DNA of 64,000 bases from the IMG/VR virus record IMGVR_UViG_3300046170_000519, positions 141,858 through 205,857 of that record. One strand, written 5' to 3'. The notes under the pieces are model-generated. The model saw only the letters and a program-made list of their open reading frames with translations. It made no database searches and was not told the DNA's origin. Shown here piece by piece: positions 31,983-40,799 of this stretch. Each line of letters starts with the position of its first letter. Position 1 is the first letter of the stretch. The position numbers and the translations under genes were made by a program.

Positions 31983-32907
31983 TTTTATATTTACTCCTAC
32001 TATCTAAAGCTGGAACAGCTTGAATTAATTCGTTAATACCTTCTTCTATAGTTTTTTTAATATTAAATCCTATATTATTTATTTTCTTATAAGACACTTC
32101 ATAATTCCTTTTATCTTCATCTTCTCCAAACTCCGCAAAATGAAGATAGTAATCTACTTTGTCTTTTATCATCAAAGCTATTTCTTCTTTACTAAAGTTA
32201 TTAAAATCTCCCCCAACATTATAAGTATTATTCTTCATAATATCATAATTCTCTATAGCATAAACTATACTATCAGCCATATCATCTACATGAATAAAAG
32301 TTCTTTTGAAGCTTTTTTCAAACATAACAAGAGTTTTGTTATTAATAGCCTGATAGACAAAATCATTAATAAGAAGATCTAATCTCATCCTTGGAGACAA
32401 ACCAAAAGCTGTGGCAAAACGATAAGCTACGGCACCATTTTCATTTAAAAAAATATTTTCAGCTTCAGTTTTAGTTGTTCCATATAAACTTATAGGGTTT
32501 AAAGGAGTTTCTTCAGTGCAAATTTCATTTTCAATAACTCCATAGTTAGACCCTGTTGAAGCATATACAGTTCCTTGATCTTTGGATAATAAGGACGATA
32601 TTAATTTAGAAGAGTCTACGTTAACTGTTTTTGCTAAATCTGGATTCTTTCTGCAAGCTGGAAACCCAACAATAGCCGCCAAATGTATAACAAATTCAAA
32701 GTTATGAACTAAGTTTTTCATTAAAGTTTCATCTCTAGCATCTCCTTTGATGAATTTAAACTTTTTATTTTTAAAAAAGGGGATAATTGTATGACCATTG
32801 TCGTACATCAAATTATCGACAACACAGACCTTAAACCCTTTTTCTAATAATTTGGGAACTAAAACAGAACCCACGTATCCAGCACCTCCAGTAACTAAAA
32901 TTTTCAT
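31975..32907 (-). CDS. extended SDR nucleotide-sugar oxidoreductase/epimerase, Cj1427-like
   Basis: GGAGYVGS, DNLMY, HLAAIVGFPAC, YGTTK, FGLSPRMRLDLLINDF, GEDEDKRNY; overlaps the fcl-like start by 8 nt. The Cj1427 likeness is from recall and was not aligned. Confidence 0.75.
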   Translation of the reverse strand: MKILVTGGAGYVGSVLVPKLLEKGFKVCVVDNLMYDNGHTIIPFFKNKKFKFIKGDARDETLMKNLVHNFEFVIHLAAIVGFPACRKNPDLAKTVNVDSSKLISSLLSKDQGTVYASTGSNYGVIENEICTEETPLNPISLYGTTKTEAENIFLNENGAVAYRFATAFGLSPRMRLDLLINDFVYQAINNKTLVMFEKSFKRTFIHVDDMADSIVYAIENYDIMKNNTYNVGGDFNNFSKEEIALMIKDKVDYYLHFAEFGEDEDKRNYEVSYKKINNIGFNIKKTIEEGINELIQAVPALDSRSKYKNV

Positions 32908-32953
32908 AATATGTTTATTATGAATAGTAAATTACTTTTACTAAAAATCTAAA

Positions 32954-33730
32954 CTAATAATTAAAAAAATTACTTTTATAAAGAGGTGAATTTAGTTTTT
33001 CATCTAAATTAGAGCTATGATACTGGTGGTAGAAGTCGAAATTTAACTTTAGACCTAAATTGTAAACAGGGTTATGAGCGCATAAAGAATTTATAAAATT
33101 GATATCAATGTATTTTTTAAATATTAAATCTTCATTCAAAAAACTTCTTTGATTGATAAGAGATTTATTGAAAATAAATATTCCTCTAGCTGAACCAAAG
33201 AAAGGGCAAATATTATTTCTATAAAAACAATTATAGGCATAGTGAGGTTGATTAATTACAAACTCATTTATGTCGTCACTTAAAACATGTTTTATTGGAT
33301 CTTTCGATTGTAATTCGTCTAAAGATCTAGATTGGGAATAAGCGAGATTAGGTAGCTTGCTCGAAGAAAAAAACCAGTCAAAGAAAGATATTCCAGGAAT
33401 TGTGTCTTGGTCAATTTTTAATATAAAATTAAAAGAGCAGTGATCTATGCAAAAGTTTAATGCATGTGGTATTGAAAAAACTGACTCTTTACAAAATTTT
33501 TTTGAAGGAGTTAATATTTTAATAAAATCTTTTTTTTTGTATAGATTAATTGATTCAATAATAGGAGTTTCTGAGAAGTAGTCACAAACTATAATCTCTA
33601 CTCGATTGATTAAATTTAATTTTTCTATAAAAAAAGTAATACAATTTAATGTATTTGTTAATCTTTTAAGCGAAGATCCTTTATAGAAATCATTTCTTGA
33701 GCAAAGAATAATGCTTAATTTTTCGTTCAT
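32954..33730 (-). CDS. putative GT-A (GT2-like) glycosyltransferase
   Basis: N-terminal LSIILCSRND, EIIVCDY.S, ALN...., ILKIDQD (DxD-like); lies in the sugar cluster. Confidence 0.5.
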   Translation of the reverse strand: MNEKLSIILCSRNDFYKGSSLKRLTNTLNCITFFIEKLNLINRVEIIVCDYFSETPIIESINLYKKKDFIKILTPSKKFCKESVFSIPHALNFCIDHCSFNFILKIDQDTIPGISFFDWFFSSSKLPNLAYSQSRSLDELQSKDPIKHVLSDDINEFVINQPHYAYNCFYRNNICPFFGSARGIFIFNKSLINQRSFLNEDLIFKKYIDINFINSLCAHNPVYNLGLKLNFDFYHQYHSSNLDEKLNSPLYKSNFFNY

Positions 33731-33732
33731 GA

Positions 33733-34092
33733 TTAAATAAAGTTTGATATATGATCACTACTAAAAGAAAAATAAAAAGAATCTTCATTTAAATAGTAAG
33801 TATTTTTGAAATTAAATGGCAAACTTTTATCACTTTTATAAATTATAACATGATTCAGGAGATTAACAGGTAATTCATAATCTTTAGATGATCTTATATT
33901 TTTAAAAATTTTTTTTAAAAAAACCTCATGATCAGAACTTAAACTTATTAAATAAAAAATAGAATTATTTAATAGCAAGCTACATTTGTTCATTTGAGCT
34001 ACTAAAGTATTAGTTAAATGAATAGGTAATTGAGGTGCATAAATACCCACACAAAATTTATTGTTTTTTTTAATTGAATTATATACGCTCAA
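33733..34092 (-). CDS. hypothetical protein (119 aa)
   Basis: ORF coupled on both sides (4-nt overlap upstream, 2-nt gap downstream). Confidence 0.5.
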   Translation of the reverse strand: MSVYNSIKKNNKFCVGIYAPQLPIHLTNTLVAQMNKCSLLLNNSIFYLISLSSDHEVFLKKIFKNIRSSKDYELPVNLLNHVIIYKSDKSLPFNFKNTYYLNEDSFYFSFSSDHISNFI

Positions 34093-34775
34093 GATTTTTT
34101 ATGAAGAATTTTTGTATTGGGATATAAACTAATAACCTCATCTAAAGTTTTTTTTGAATCAATAGGGTCGCTTATGTTGACGATAAAGTCTGTATTAATA
34201 AAATTATTATAATAATCTTTATCATTTTTGCAAGATTCATAAATCGCAACATCAAAACTTAAATAACTTAATCCATGAGAGACTTTTCTAAGTAAAAATT
34301 TTTCAGATTTATCTAATATTTTTTTTAATTGTTTAGAGTTTTTATAAATAGCAACTCCATTTAAATGCTCTCGATAACTTAAGTTTTTATGATATACATT
34401 ATCGCCTTTATATTTTGATCCTGCTATAATAAAATTATTATTATTTACAAAAATTAAAAAAGTAGAGATCCACCCGTCTATTAACTCAACATCTGTTTCT
34501 AATAGTAGAAAACTTTTGTATTTTATTGGGTAATCAATTAAGTAGTTTAATGATTCAAAGAAAAGAATATTAGGGCCAGATGTTAAACTATAAGGAGTTA
34601 TTTCCGTCGGATTAAAAGGGTGAAAACTTTTATCATAAACATCTTCCGAGCTATTTAAATTTAAATTTACAAAATATATATTAAAATTATACTTTAACTT
34701 TTTTTCTTTTATATATTTCTCAAAGCTTTTGCTTGAAGCATTTACAAAAATAAAAAAATCAAATACATCACGCAA
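34089..34775 (-). CDS. hypothetical protein, possibly glycosyltransferase-like (228 aa, TTG start)
   Basis: FLLLETD (ExD-like), W...GSKYKG...HLNGVAIY...FDV pattern; lies in the sugar cluster. The function call is weak. Confidence 0.4.
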   Translation of the reverse strand: MRDVFDFFIFVNASSKSFEKYIKEKKLKYNFNIYFVNLNLNSSEDVYDKSFHPFNPTEITPYSLTSGPNILFFESLNYLIDYPIKYKSFLLLETDVELIDGWISTFLIFVNNNNFIIAGSKYKGDNVYHKNLSYREHLNGVAIYKNSKQLKKILDKSEKFLLRKVSHGLSYLSFDVAIYESCKNDKDYYNNFINTDFIVNISDPIDSKKTLDEVISLYPNTKILHKKS

Positions 34776-34895
34776 ATTATTATTTATATTTTTTTTAAAA
34801 AAATTTTCTAAACTTCCATTTTTATACTCTTTTAAAGTGCAAAGTAAAAAAATGCAGTTATATATTTTATTTTTTTTTTATATTTTTTCAATATA

Positions 34896-37349
34896 TTACT
34901 GGCAGCTTTCACAAGATTCTCCTTTAGCTCTAGCCTCTAGGCTACAAGATTTAGGTTCAGATTTAGATTCACCTGTGGATTTTTCTACTTTACTAGCAGC
35001 TCTATTGCGTAAATAATATGTAGTTTTAAGTCCTAACTGCCAACACTTAAAGTAAATATCATTTAAATATTTTAAGGATGTTGTTTTGTTATAAAGGTTA
35101 AAACTTATAGCTTGATCAACCCACTTTTGACGAACAGAATTGATTTCTATTAATTTTAACATGTCTCTATCAAATGCAGTTTTATACTTATTTTTTAAAT
35201 CTTCTGGAATATTTTCGTTAGTTAGAGATAAATCACCATCAATGCTTTTTATGAATGAAGCTATTTCTGGATTCCAGAGACCTCTATCTTTCATATCATT
35301 GACAAAATGAGGATTAGTGATGTAGAAATTACCACTTTTATTTTCATAAACAAAAAGAACAGAAAAATTAGGTTCAATACTTTGCTCCACACCATTTATA
35401 TATCCTATGGTTGCGGTTGGAGCTATAGCCATTACATTTGAATTTCTCATACCATGCTTAGAAATATGACTCCTAACTTTTTCCCAATCTTTTAGATTTT
35501 CTGTAGATTTGTTTTTTTCTCCCCTGTATGACATTAAATTATTGAAAGAGTCAATAGGTAGAATATTTTTACTCCACAGTGATCCATTATAACTACTATA
35601 AGATCCTTTTTCTCTAGCTAAAAGGGAGCTGGCATAAATTGCATGACAGGAATAAAACTCAAAAAGTTTGTCGTTAAAACTCTTAGCTTCATCGCTGTCA
35701 ATTTGAATATTCATTTTATGTAAAACATCGTGTATTGACATCATTCCTAGGCCAATTGGTCTATGCTTTAAGTTGCTATTTTCAGCTTCTTTTGTTGGGT
35801 AGAAATTTAGATCAATTACATTATCAAGTATTCTAATAGCTGTATGTATTGTTGATTTTAATTTATTAAAATCGATGCAATAACCAGTTTTGCCATGAGT
35901 TGTTTTTTCTTTTAAATGATTTAATATATTGATAGAACCTAAATTGCAAACAGCTGTTTCTCCTATTTCTGTTTTTTCTCCCTGATTGTATTTTGATGGT
36001 TTTGTGTGTAGAGTAATTTCCGTGCAAAGATTTGAGCTATTGACCGCACCCTTATGTTGATTAGTGTATCGAATATTACAGGGGTCTTTAAATGTATTCC
36101 ATGGGTGAGATGTTTCAAAGAGAACTTTAAGCATTTTTTTCCAAAGATCTTTTGCGGGGATTATCCGATAATTTTTAATTAAACCTGCATCTGCCGCTTT
36201 GCATAACTCATCGTATCGAGTGTCAAACTGATCTCCGAAAAGATCATGCAAGGTTTTTCCGTCATCACCTTCTGTATCTTTTGGGTCAAAGAAATACCAA
36301 ACATCTTCTTTTTGGACCCTACGCATAAATTCATCAGGAATCCATGCTGCGGTATTCATGTCGTGACAGCGTAAGCGGTCGTCTCCTGTATTTCTCCTTA
36401 AGTTTAAAAAATCTTCAAAATCTAAATGCCATGGCTCTAAATAAGCACATCCAGCACCTGGGCGCTTCCCTCCTTGATTGACAGCAACTAAAAGGTCGTT
36501 GTATATTTTCAACCAAGGAACTAAACCGCTAGAAATACCATTAGTCCCTTCAATATGAGAACCTGTAGAACGAAATGGTGTTACATCAAGACCTAAGCCT
36601 CCAGCATATTTTGATTTGCGAGCTTCTTGCCAAGCACCGTCAAATATCCCATCAATACTATCATCAAAAGTATTTAAGTAGCAGGAACTAAGTTGAGAGT
36701 GAGTGGTTCCGCTATTAAAAAGAGTTGGGGTTGAGGGAGTGTACAAGAATTGACTAAACAAATTGTAAAATTCTATAGCTTTTTCGTTTTTATTTTTTTC
36801 GTTGATTGCTAGTCCCATTGCGACTCGCATCCAAAAACTTTGGGGAGCCTCCATGCATTTTTCATCCACCCTAATAAAATATCTGTCTGTTAAAATCTGT
36901 ATACCTAAATATTTAAAATCTAAATCTCTTCTAATTTTAATAGATTCAGCAAGCTTTTGTAAGTCGAAGTTTAGTAATTTTTCATCAAGCCTGTTTTCTT
37001 TTACTAGCTTTTTTGTATTTTGAATGAAACTTTTTCTATATTGTAATTTAAAAGTGTCTGAATCCACACCTTCTTTAAAAACTTCTTTATATAGATTATT
37101 TAATAATAATCTAGCCGCAGCAAAAGAGTAATTAGGCTCTTTTTCTATTTTTTCTCTAGCTGATAAAATCAAAGCTTGATCGATCTCTTTTGTTGTTATT
37201 TTGTCAAAAAGCTGTAATTGTGCATCTAGAACTATTTCGCTGGCAGATACATCGGTAATTCCTTCACAAGCTCTTTGCGAGCTTGCATTAATTTTATCTA
37301 CATGAAATTTTTCAAGCCTTCCGTTTCTTTTCTTTACTTTTATATTCAT
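34896..37349 (-). CDS. nrdA: class I ribonucleotide reductase alpha subunit with N-terminal ATP cone
   Basis: VKKRNG ATP-cone start, TPTLFNSG, LSSCYL, NLCTEI, CNLGS, IAPTATI, TTYYLR and C-terminal CESCQ. Confidence 0.96.
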   Translation of the reverse strand: MNIKVKKRNGRLEKFHVDKINASSQRACEGITDVSASEIVLDAQLQLFDKITTKEIDQALILSAREKIEKEPNYSFAAARLLLNNLYKEVFKEGVDSDTFKLQYRKSFIQNTKKLVKENRLDEKLLNFDLQKLAESIKIRRDLDFKYLGIQILTDRYFIRVDEKCMEAPQSFWMRVAMGLAINEKNKNEKAIEFYNLFSQFLYTPSTPTLFNSGTTHSQLSSCYLNTFDDSIDGIFDGAWQEARKSKYAGGLGLDVTPFRSTGSHIEGTNGISSGLVPWLKIYNDLLVAVNQGGKRPGAGCAYLEPWHLDFEDFLNLRRNTGDDRLRCHDMNTAAWIPDEFMRRVQKEDVWYFFDPKDTEGDDGKTLHDLFGDQFDTRYDELCKAADAGLIKNYRIIPAKDLWKKMLKVLFETSHPWNTFKDPCNIRYTNQHKGAVNSSNLCTEITLHTKPSKYNQGEKTEIGETAVCNLGSINILNHLKEKTTHGKTGYCIDFNKLKSTIHTAIRILDNVIDLNFYPTKEAENSNLKHRPIGLGMMSIHDVLHKMNIQIDSDEAKSFNDKLFEFYSCHAIYASSLLAREKGSYSSYNGSLWSKNILPIDSFNNLMSYRGEKNKSTENLKDWEKVRSHISKHGMRNSNVMAIAPTATIGYINGVEQSIEPNFSVLFVYENKSGNFYITNPHFVNDMKDRGLWNPEIASFIKSIDGDLSLTNENIPEDLKNKYKTAFDRDMLKLIEINSVRQKWVDQAISFNLYNKTTSLKYLNDIYFKCWQLGLKTTYYLRNRAASKVEKSTGESKSEPKSCSLEARAKGESCESCQ

Positions 37350-37380
37350 ATAATTTTAGATATTTTGCAATGATAACACA

Positions 37381-37386
37381 TTACAC
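37381..37386 (-). promoter_or_regulatory. GTGTAA motif
   Basis: 31 nt upstream of the nrdA ATG (37349). Confidence 0.45.
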
Positions 37387-37430
37387 TAATATAATCAAGA
37401 CGAAACAGAAAAAAAGATATTAACAAAAAA

Positions 37431-38291
37431 TTAATTATCAAATACTGCGGACTTAAATTCTCCCCAGTCTAACTTATCTCTGACATTAAGATTTACCTCC
37501 CATGCAGCTTTAAGAACTGTTGGTTGTAGATCATTTTTTTCAAAAGTATCTATCAATGAGTTAATATCTTTAGGGAAGCATGTACCCCCAAAACCTTTTT
37601 GTCCATCATGCCCTGGGACTTGATAATGAGATTGCCCTATTCTTTTATCTGATAAAACTCCGTTTATAATAGGGTTCCAATCTAACCCAAGTTTTTCAAT
37701 CAAGGTATAAATTTCATTAAAGAAACTAACTTTACAAGCAAAAAAACAATTAGCTATATATTTGACCGACTCAGATTCGTCGCTCTTCATTAACATTGTT
37801 TTAATGTTAGGAAAAGCTGATTGTAATAATTTTTCAACAAGATGTCCTGTTCTTTTATTATTAGTAAATCCGACGATATGTCTGTCAGCATTAAGGAAAT
37901 CTTCTTTAGCAAATTTAGCAGTTAAGAATTCTGGACTATGAACAATATTTAGATTTGGATATTTGTCTTGCAGGTCTTTTGTTGTGCCGATTGGAACCGT
38001 AGATTTTATAATTAAAATAGGATTAGACTTCACCTTTTCTGAAACCTCTTTAAGGCAGGAATTTATAATTGATAAATTACATTCGCCACCTCTTAGGGAT
38101 CTCATTGGGGTTGGAACGCAAATAAAAACAAAATCTTGCGAAACAACTTCTTCAAGCGAATTTTTTGATAATTTTTTATTTTTGTCAAAAATTTTTACAT
38201 TAAATTTTTGGAAACCATTGGCGATAGCGGAGCCAACAAAACCATTGCCGATTACGCCAATGTTTAATTTACTGAGATTGATTTTTTTCAA
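37431..38291 (-). CDS. ugd: UDP-glucose/GDP-mannose dehydrogenase family protein, short phage type lacking the C-terminal domain
   Basis: IGNGFVG, FICVPTP, IKST.PIGT, SPEFL, ESVKYIANCFFACKVSFFNE, D.RIG, GFGGTCFPKD; only 286 aa. Confidence 0.8.
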   Translation of the reverse strand: MKKINLSKLNIGVIGNGFVGSAIANGFQKFNVKIFDKNKKLSKNSLEEVVSQDFVFICVPTPMRSLRGGECNLSIINSCLKEVSEKVKSNPILIIKSTVPIGTTKDLQDKYPNLNIVHSPEFLTAKFAKEDFLNADRHIVGFTNNKRTGHLVEKLLQSAFPNIKTMLMKSDESESVKYIANCFFACKVSFFNEIYTLIEKLGLDWNPIINGVLSDKRIGQSHYQVPGHDGQKGFGGTCFPKDINSLIDTFEKNDLQPTVLKAAWEVNLNVRDKLDWGEFKSAVFDN

Positions 38292-39183
38292 TCCAATCCT
38301 CCAGTTTTTGTTTGGGAATCCAGTTCAATAACTCTCTGGCTTTATTGTTATTAGCTTGAGTTTCTTTAGCTTCTCCAAGTCTAGCTGGAATATGAGTAAA
38401 TTCACCCCCTATTAAATCTTTAATTTCATTAACGGAATGATTTAAACCTGTCCCAAGATTTATAAGTTCACCCACAGGCTTTTTGTTGTCGAGATTAGCT
38501 GCTAAAATATTTGCTTTAGCAATATCTTTTACATAAGTGAAATCTCTTCTCTGTGTTCCATCTCCTACAATTGTCATTAGTTCTTTGTTTGATTTTTGTC
38601 TAAGAAAAATTCCTATGACGGGAGCATATTGACCTTTCAGGGGCTGTCTTTCGCCATAGACATTGAAATATCTAAAACAAACTGTTTCTATATTAAATAG
38701 ATTTGTATACATAAAGCACAGATCTTCTCCAGCGGTTTTTGTTACAGAATAAGGATTCAAGCAATCCTTGGGCATATCTTCTCTTTGGGGAGGAGTATTT
38801 TTTAAACCATAAGCTGCTGATGTAGAGCTGTAAATGACTCTTTTAACATTATTTATTTTTGCAGCCTGTAGTACAGAACAGGTTCCTACAACGTTTGTTT
38901 TAGCTGCTAATATTGGGTTTTCTAAAGTTGGCTGAATGCGAGCTTCCGCTGCAAGGTGGAAAATAACATCAACACCTTTACATAATGGAGAAAAGTGATC
39001 GAAGTCGCAAACATCAACTTTAAAATTTTTTGTTTCTTTATTCCAGAAGAATTCACTATTGGCATCAGAAGACTCATTGTCGACCACAGTGACTTCATTT
39101 CCTAAAGATAGTAGTTGATCAACAACATGAGAGCCTATAAAACCAGCTCCTCCAGTGACTAAACATTTTTTATTTTTAATCAT
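38269..39183 (-). CDS. NAD-dependent nucleotide-sugar 4-epimerase (GalE/WbpP-like)
   Basis: GGAGFIGSH, FHLAA, YSSTSAAYG, YSVTK, RYFNVYG.RQ, GDGTQRRDFTYV. Confidence 0.85.
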   Translation of the reverse strand: MIKNKKCLVTGGAGFIGSHVVDQLLSLGNEVTVVDNESSDANSEFFWNKETKNFKVDVCDFDHFSPLCKGVDVIFHLAAEARIQPTLENPILAAKTNVVGTCSVLQAAKINNVKRVIYSSTSAAYGLKNTPPQREDMPKDCLNPYSVTKTAGEDLCFMYTNLFNIETVCFRYFNVYGERQPLKGQYAPVIGIFLRQKSNKELMTIVGDGTQRRDFTYVKDIAKANILAANLDNKKPVGELINLGTGLNHSVNEIKDLIGGEFTHIPARLGEAKETQANNNKARELLNWIPKQKLEDWIEKNQSQ

Positions 39184-39194
39184 AATAAATATTT

Positions 39195-39222
39195 ATTATA
39201 ACTCAAGTATTTGAGAAATCAA
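39195..39222 (-). promoter_or_regulatory. sigma70-type promoter TTGATT-N16-TATAAT for the epimerase/ugd unit
   Basis: Minus-strand -35 at 39222-39217 and -10 at 39200-39195, 11 nt before ATG 39183. Confidence 0.5.
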
Positions 39223-39239
39223 TTTTTTTTCTATATAAT
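39211..39239 (+). promoter_or_regulatory. sigma70-type promoter TTGAGA-N17-TATAAT
   Basis: Exact 17-nt spacing; overlaps the divergent promoter's -35 box. Confidence 0.5.
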
Positions 39240-39329
39240 ATATATAATATATAATATATATAATATTAAAAGATATATATATTTCTATAGATAATATAGA
39301 AAAAATTAAAAGATATATAAAATATATGA
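39231..39329. other. about 93% A+T intergenic tract with TATATAA runs and a 15-bp direct repeat; candidate replication origin
   Basis: About 7 G/C in 99 nt; attaaaagatatata at 39265-39279 and 39305-39319; lies at the divergence point of the two gene blocks. Confidence 0.35.
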
Positions 39330-39358
39330 TTGACTTTTCGTCAACATAATGATATTAT
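39330..39358 (+). promoter_or_regulatory. sigma70-type promoter TTGACT-N17-TATTAT
   Basis: Near-consensus boxes with 17-nt spacer, 11 nt before ATG 39370. Confidence 0.65.
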
Positions 39359-39369
39359 TTTAGGCTTTA

Positions 39370-39672
39370 ATGAAAAATATGTTTAGAATAATTAAGGAAG
39401 ATTACTTAAATCAATATTTTGTGACATCTTCAAACTGGGAAAATACAATCCTAGCATCATCTAGTTCGGAGGCTGTATCCAGAAGTCTTGAAATAGCTTT
39501 TGATCAGCAAGGAGATAGATTATTATTATCACCAGCGATAATTGTTGTTGATATGACTAATTTTTGCTTGAATTTTTCCGAAGATCACACTAAAGTATAC
39601 TCTACTGAATTAATACTTCACGATATAGGTAGACACGATTTAGCAAAAAAATTTAAAAAAATTATAAAATGA
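39370..39672 (+). CDS. hypothetical protein (100 aa)
   Basis: First ORF after the promoter; 4-nt overlap with the next gene. Confidence 0.6.
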   Translation: MKNMFRIIKEDYLNQYFVTSSNWENTILASSSSEAVSRSLEIAFDQQGDRLLLSPAIIVVDMTNFCLNFSEDHTKVYSTELILHDIGRHDLAKKFKKIIK

Positions 39673-40205
39673 TTATCGGGGTTTCAGGTAATGCGAGGGC
39701 AGGAAAAGATACTTTTTGCAATCTATATAAAGAAAATAAAGATAAGAACACCAAGCGTGTAGCTTTTGCAGATGCAATTAAGGAAGAGTTAAAAAATCTT
39801 CTACTTACTAATTTTAACATAAATCCTTTAAATTGCTCAGATGAAGAAAAGGAAATCATTAGACCCCTACTAGTATCATACGGCACTGATGTAGCTAGAA
39901 AATTGAATAAAAATCATTGGATTGATAAAATCAAAGATCAACTTATATTAAATGAATCAAAGCGAATTACAACAATAATTACTGACGTAAGATATAAAAA
40001 TGAGCAAGATTATATTAGAAGTTTTAAAAATTCACTACTGATACACATTAATCGAGAAGGCTTTCCTCCAATGAATATTGAAGAATCCAAAAACTCTCCA
40101 ATATTAGAAAAAAATTCTGATTTTGTATTTAATTGGAAAACATTTGTTAACAACGAAGATCCACATATATATTTTAATAAATTCCTAAATGAATCAAAAT
40201 TATAA
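39669..40205 (+). CDS. phage deoxynucleoside monophosphate kinase
   Basis: MIIGVSGNARAGKDT P-loop, FADAIKE, R.LL..YGTD..R, HWI, IITDVRY.NE. Confidence 0.8.
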   Translation: MIIGVSGNARAGKDTFCNLYKENKDKNTKRVAFADAIKEELKNLLLTNFNINPLNCSDEEKEIIRPLLVSYGTDVARKLNKNHWIDKIKDQLILNESKRITTIITDVRYKNEQDYIRSFKNSLLIHINREGFPPMNIEESKNSPILEKNSDFVFNWKTFVNNEDPHIYFNKFLNESKL

Positions 40206-40797
40206 CAACGAAGAAGATAACAAATTAATTAATGAAATAAAAAAAGGAATTAATGCAAGTTTAAATTTCAATTTTTTACTTCAAAAACATTCTCCATTAT
40301 TTTTCAAGATAAGTAGGTTTTACTTAAATTCTCAAAAGAAAAATGTAATTTATGATTTTAATAAAGATAAAAATTTTTACTTTTATAAATTTATTTTAGA
40401 TTATGATCAGACTAAAGGAACTAAATTCAGTACATATGTTGGTAATAGAGTAAAGTGGCTTTGTCTTAATATAGTTAACTCAATAAAAAAGAAGTCTACA
40501 TTAGAGTCCAGCGACTGCCCAGAAGATCTTGACTTCGTAACTGAAGGCTTAATACCTAATTCAAATATTTCAAGCCAAGATATAACTGATGTAATACAAG
40601 TATTAAAAAATGACCCAGATAGAAGAGTTTATGAAATTTTTAAGTACAGATACTTACAAGGAAAAGAAAATAATGTTATGCCATGGAAAGAGGTCTGTAA
40701 AAAAAGTGAATTAAACTTAAGTATTCAGGGTTGTATAAATATACATAATAAATTTATAAAAAAAATAAAAAATAAACAAAAAACAAAACAATACTAA
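40189..40797 (+). CDS. phage sigma70-like transcription factor
   Basis: Region-2-like YDQTKGTKFSTYVGNRVKW and region-4-like IFKYRY...PWKEVCKK..LSIQGCINIHNKFIKKIK helix-turn-helix. Confidence 0.65.
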   Translation: MNQNYNNEEDNKLINEIKKGINASLNFNFLLQKHSPLFFKISRFYLNSQKKNVIYDFNKDKNFYFYKFILDYDQTKGTKFSTYVGNRVKWLCLNIVNSIKKKSTLESSDCPEDLDFVTEGLIPNSNISSQDITDVIQVLKNDPDRRVYEIFKYRYLQGKENNVMPWKEVCKKSELNLSIQGCINIHNKFIKKIKNKQKTKQY

Positions 40798-40799
40798 TC

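Noticed and set aside
34776-34895. Long T/A homopolymer runs between nrdA and the next gene as a terminator or promoter
   Set aside because: There is no GC stem and no well-spaced promoter boxes; it cannot be told apart from AT-rich spacer.
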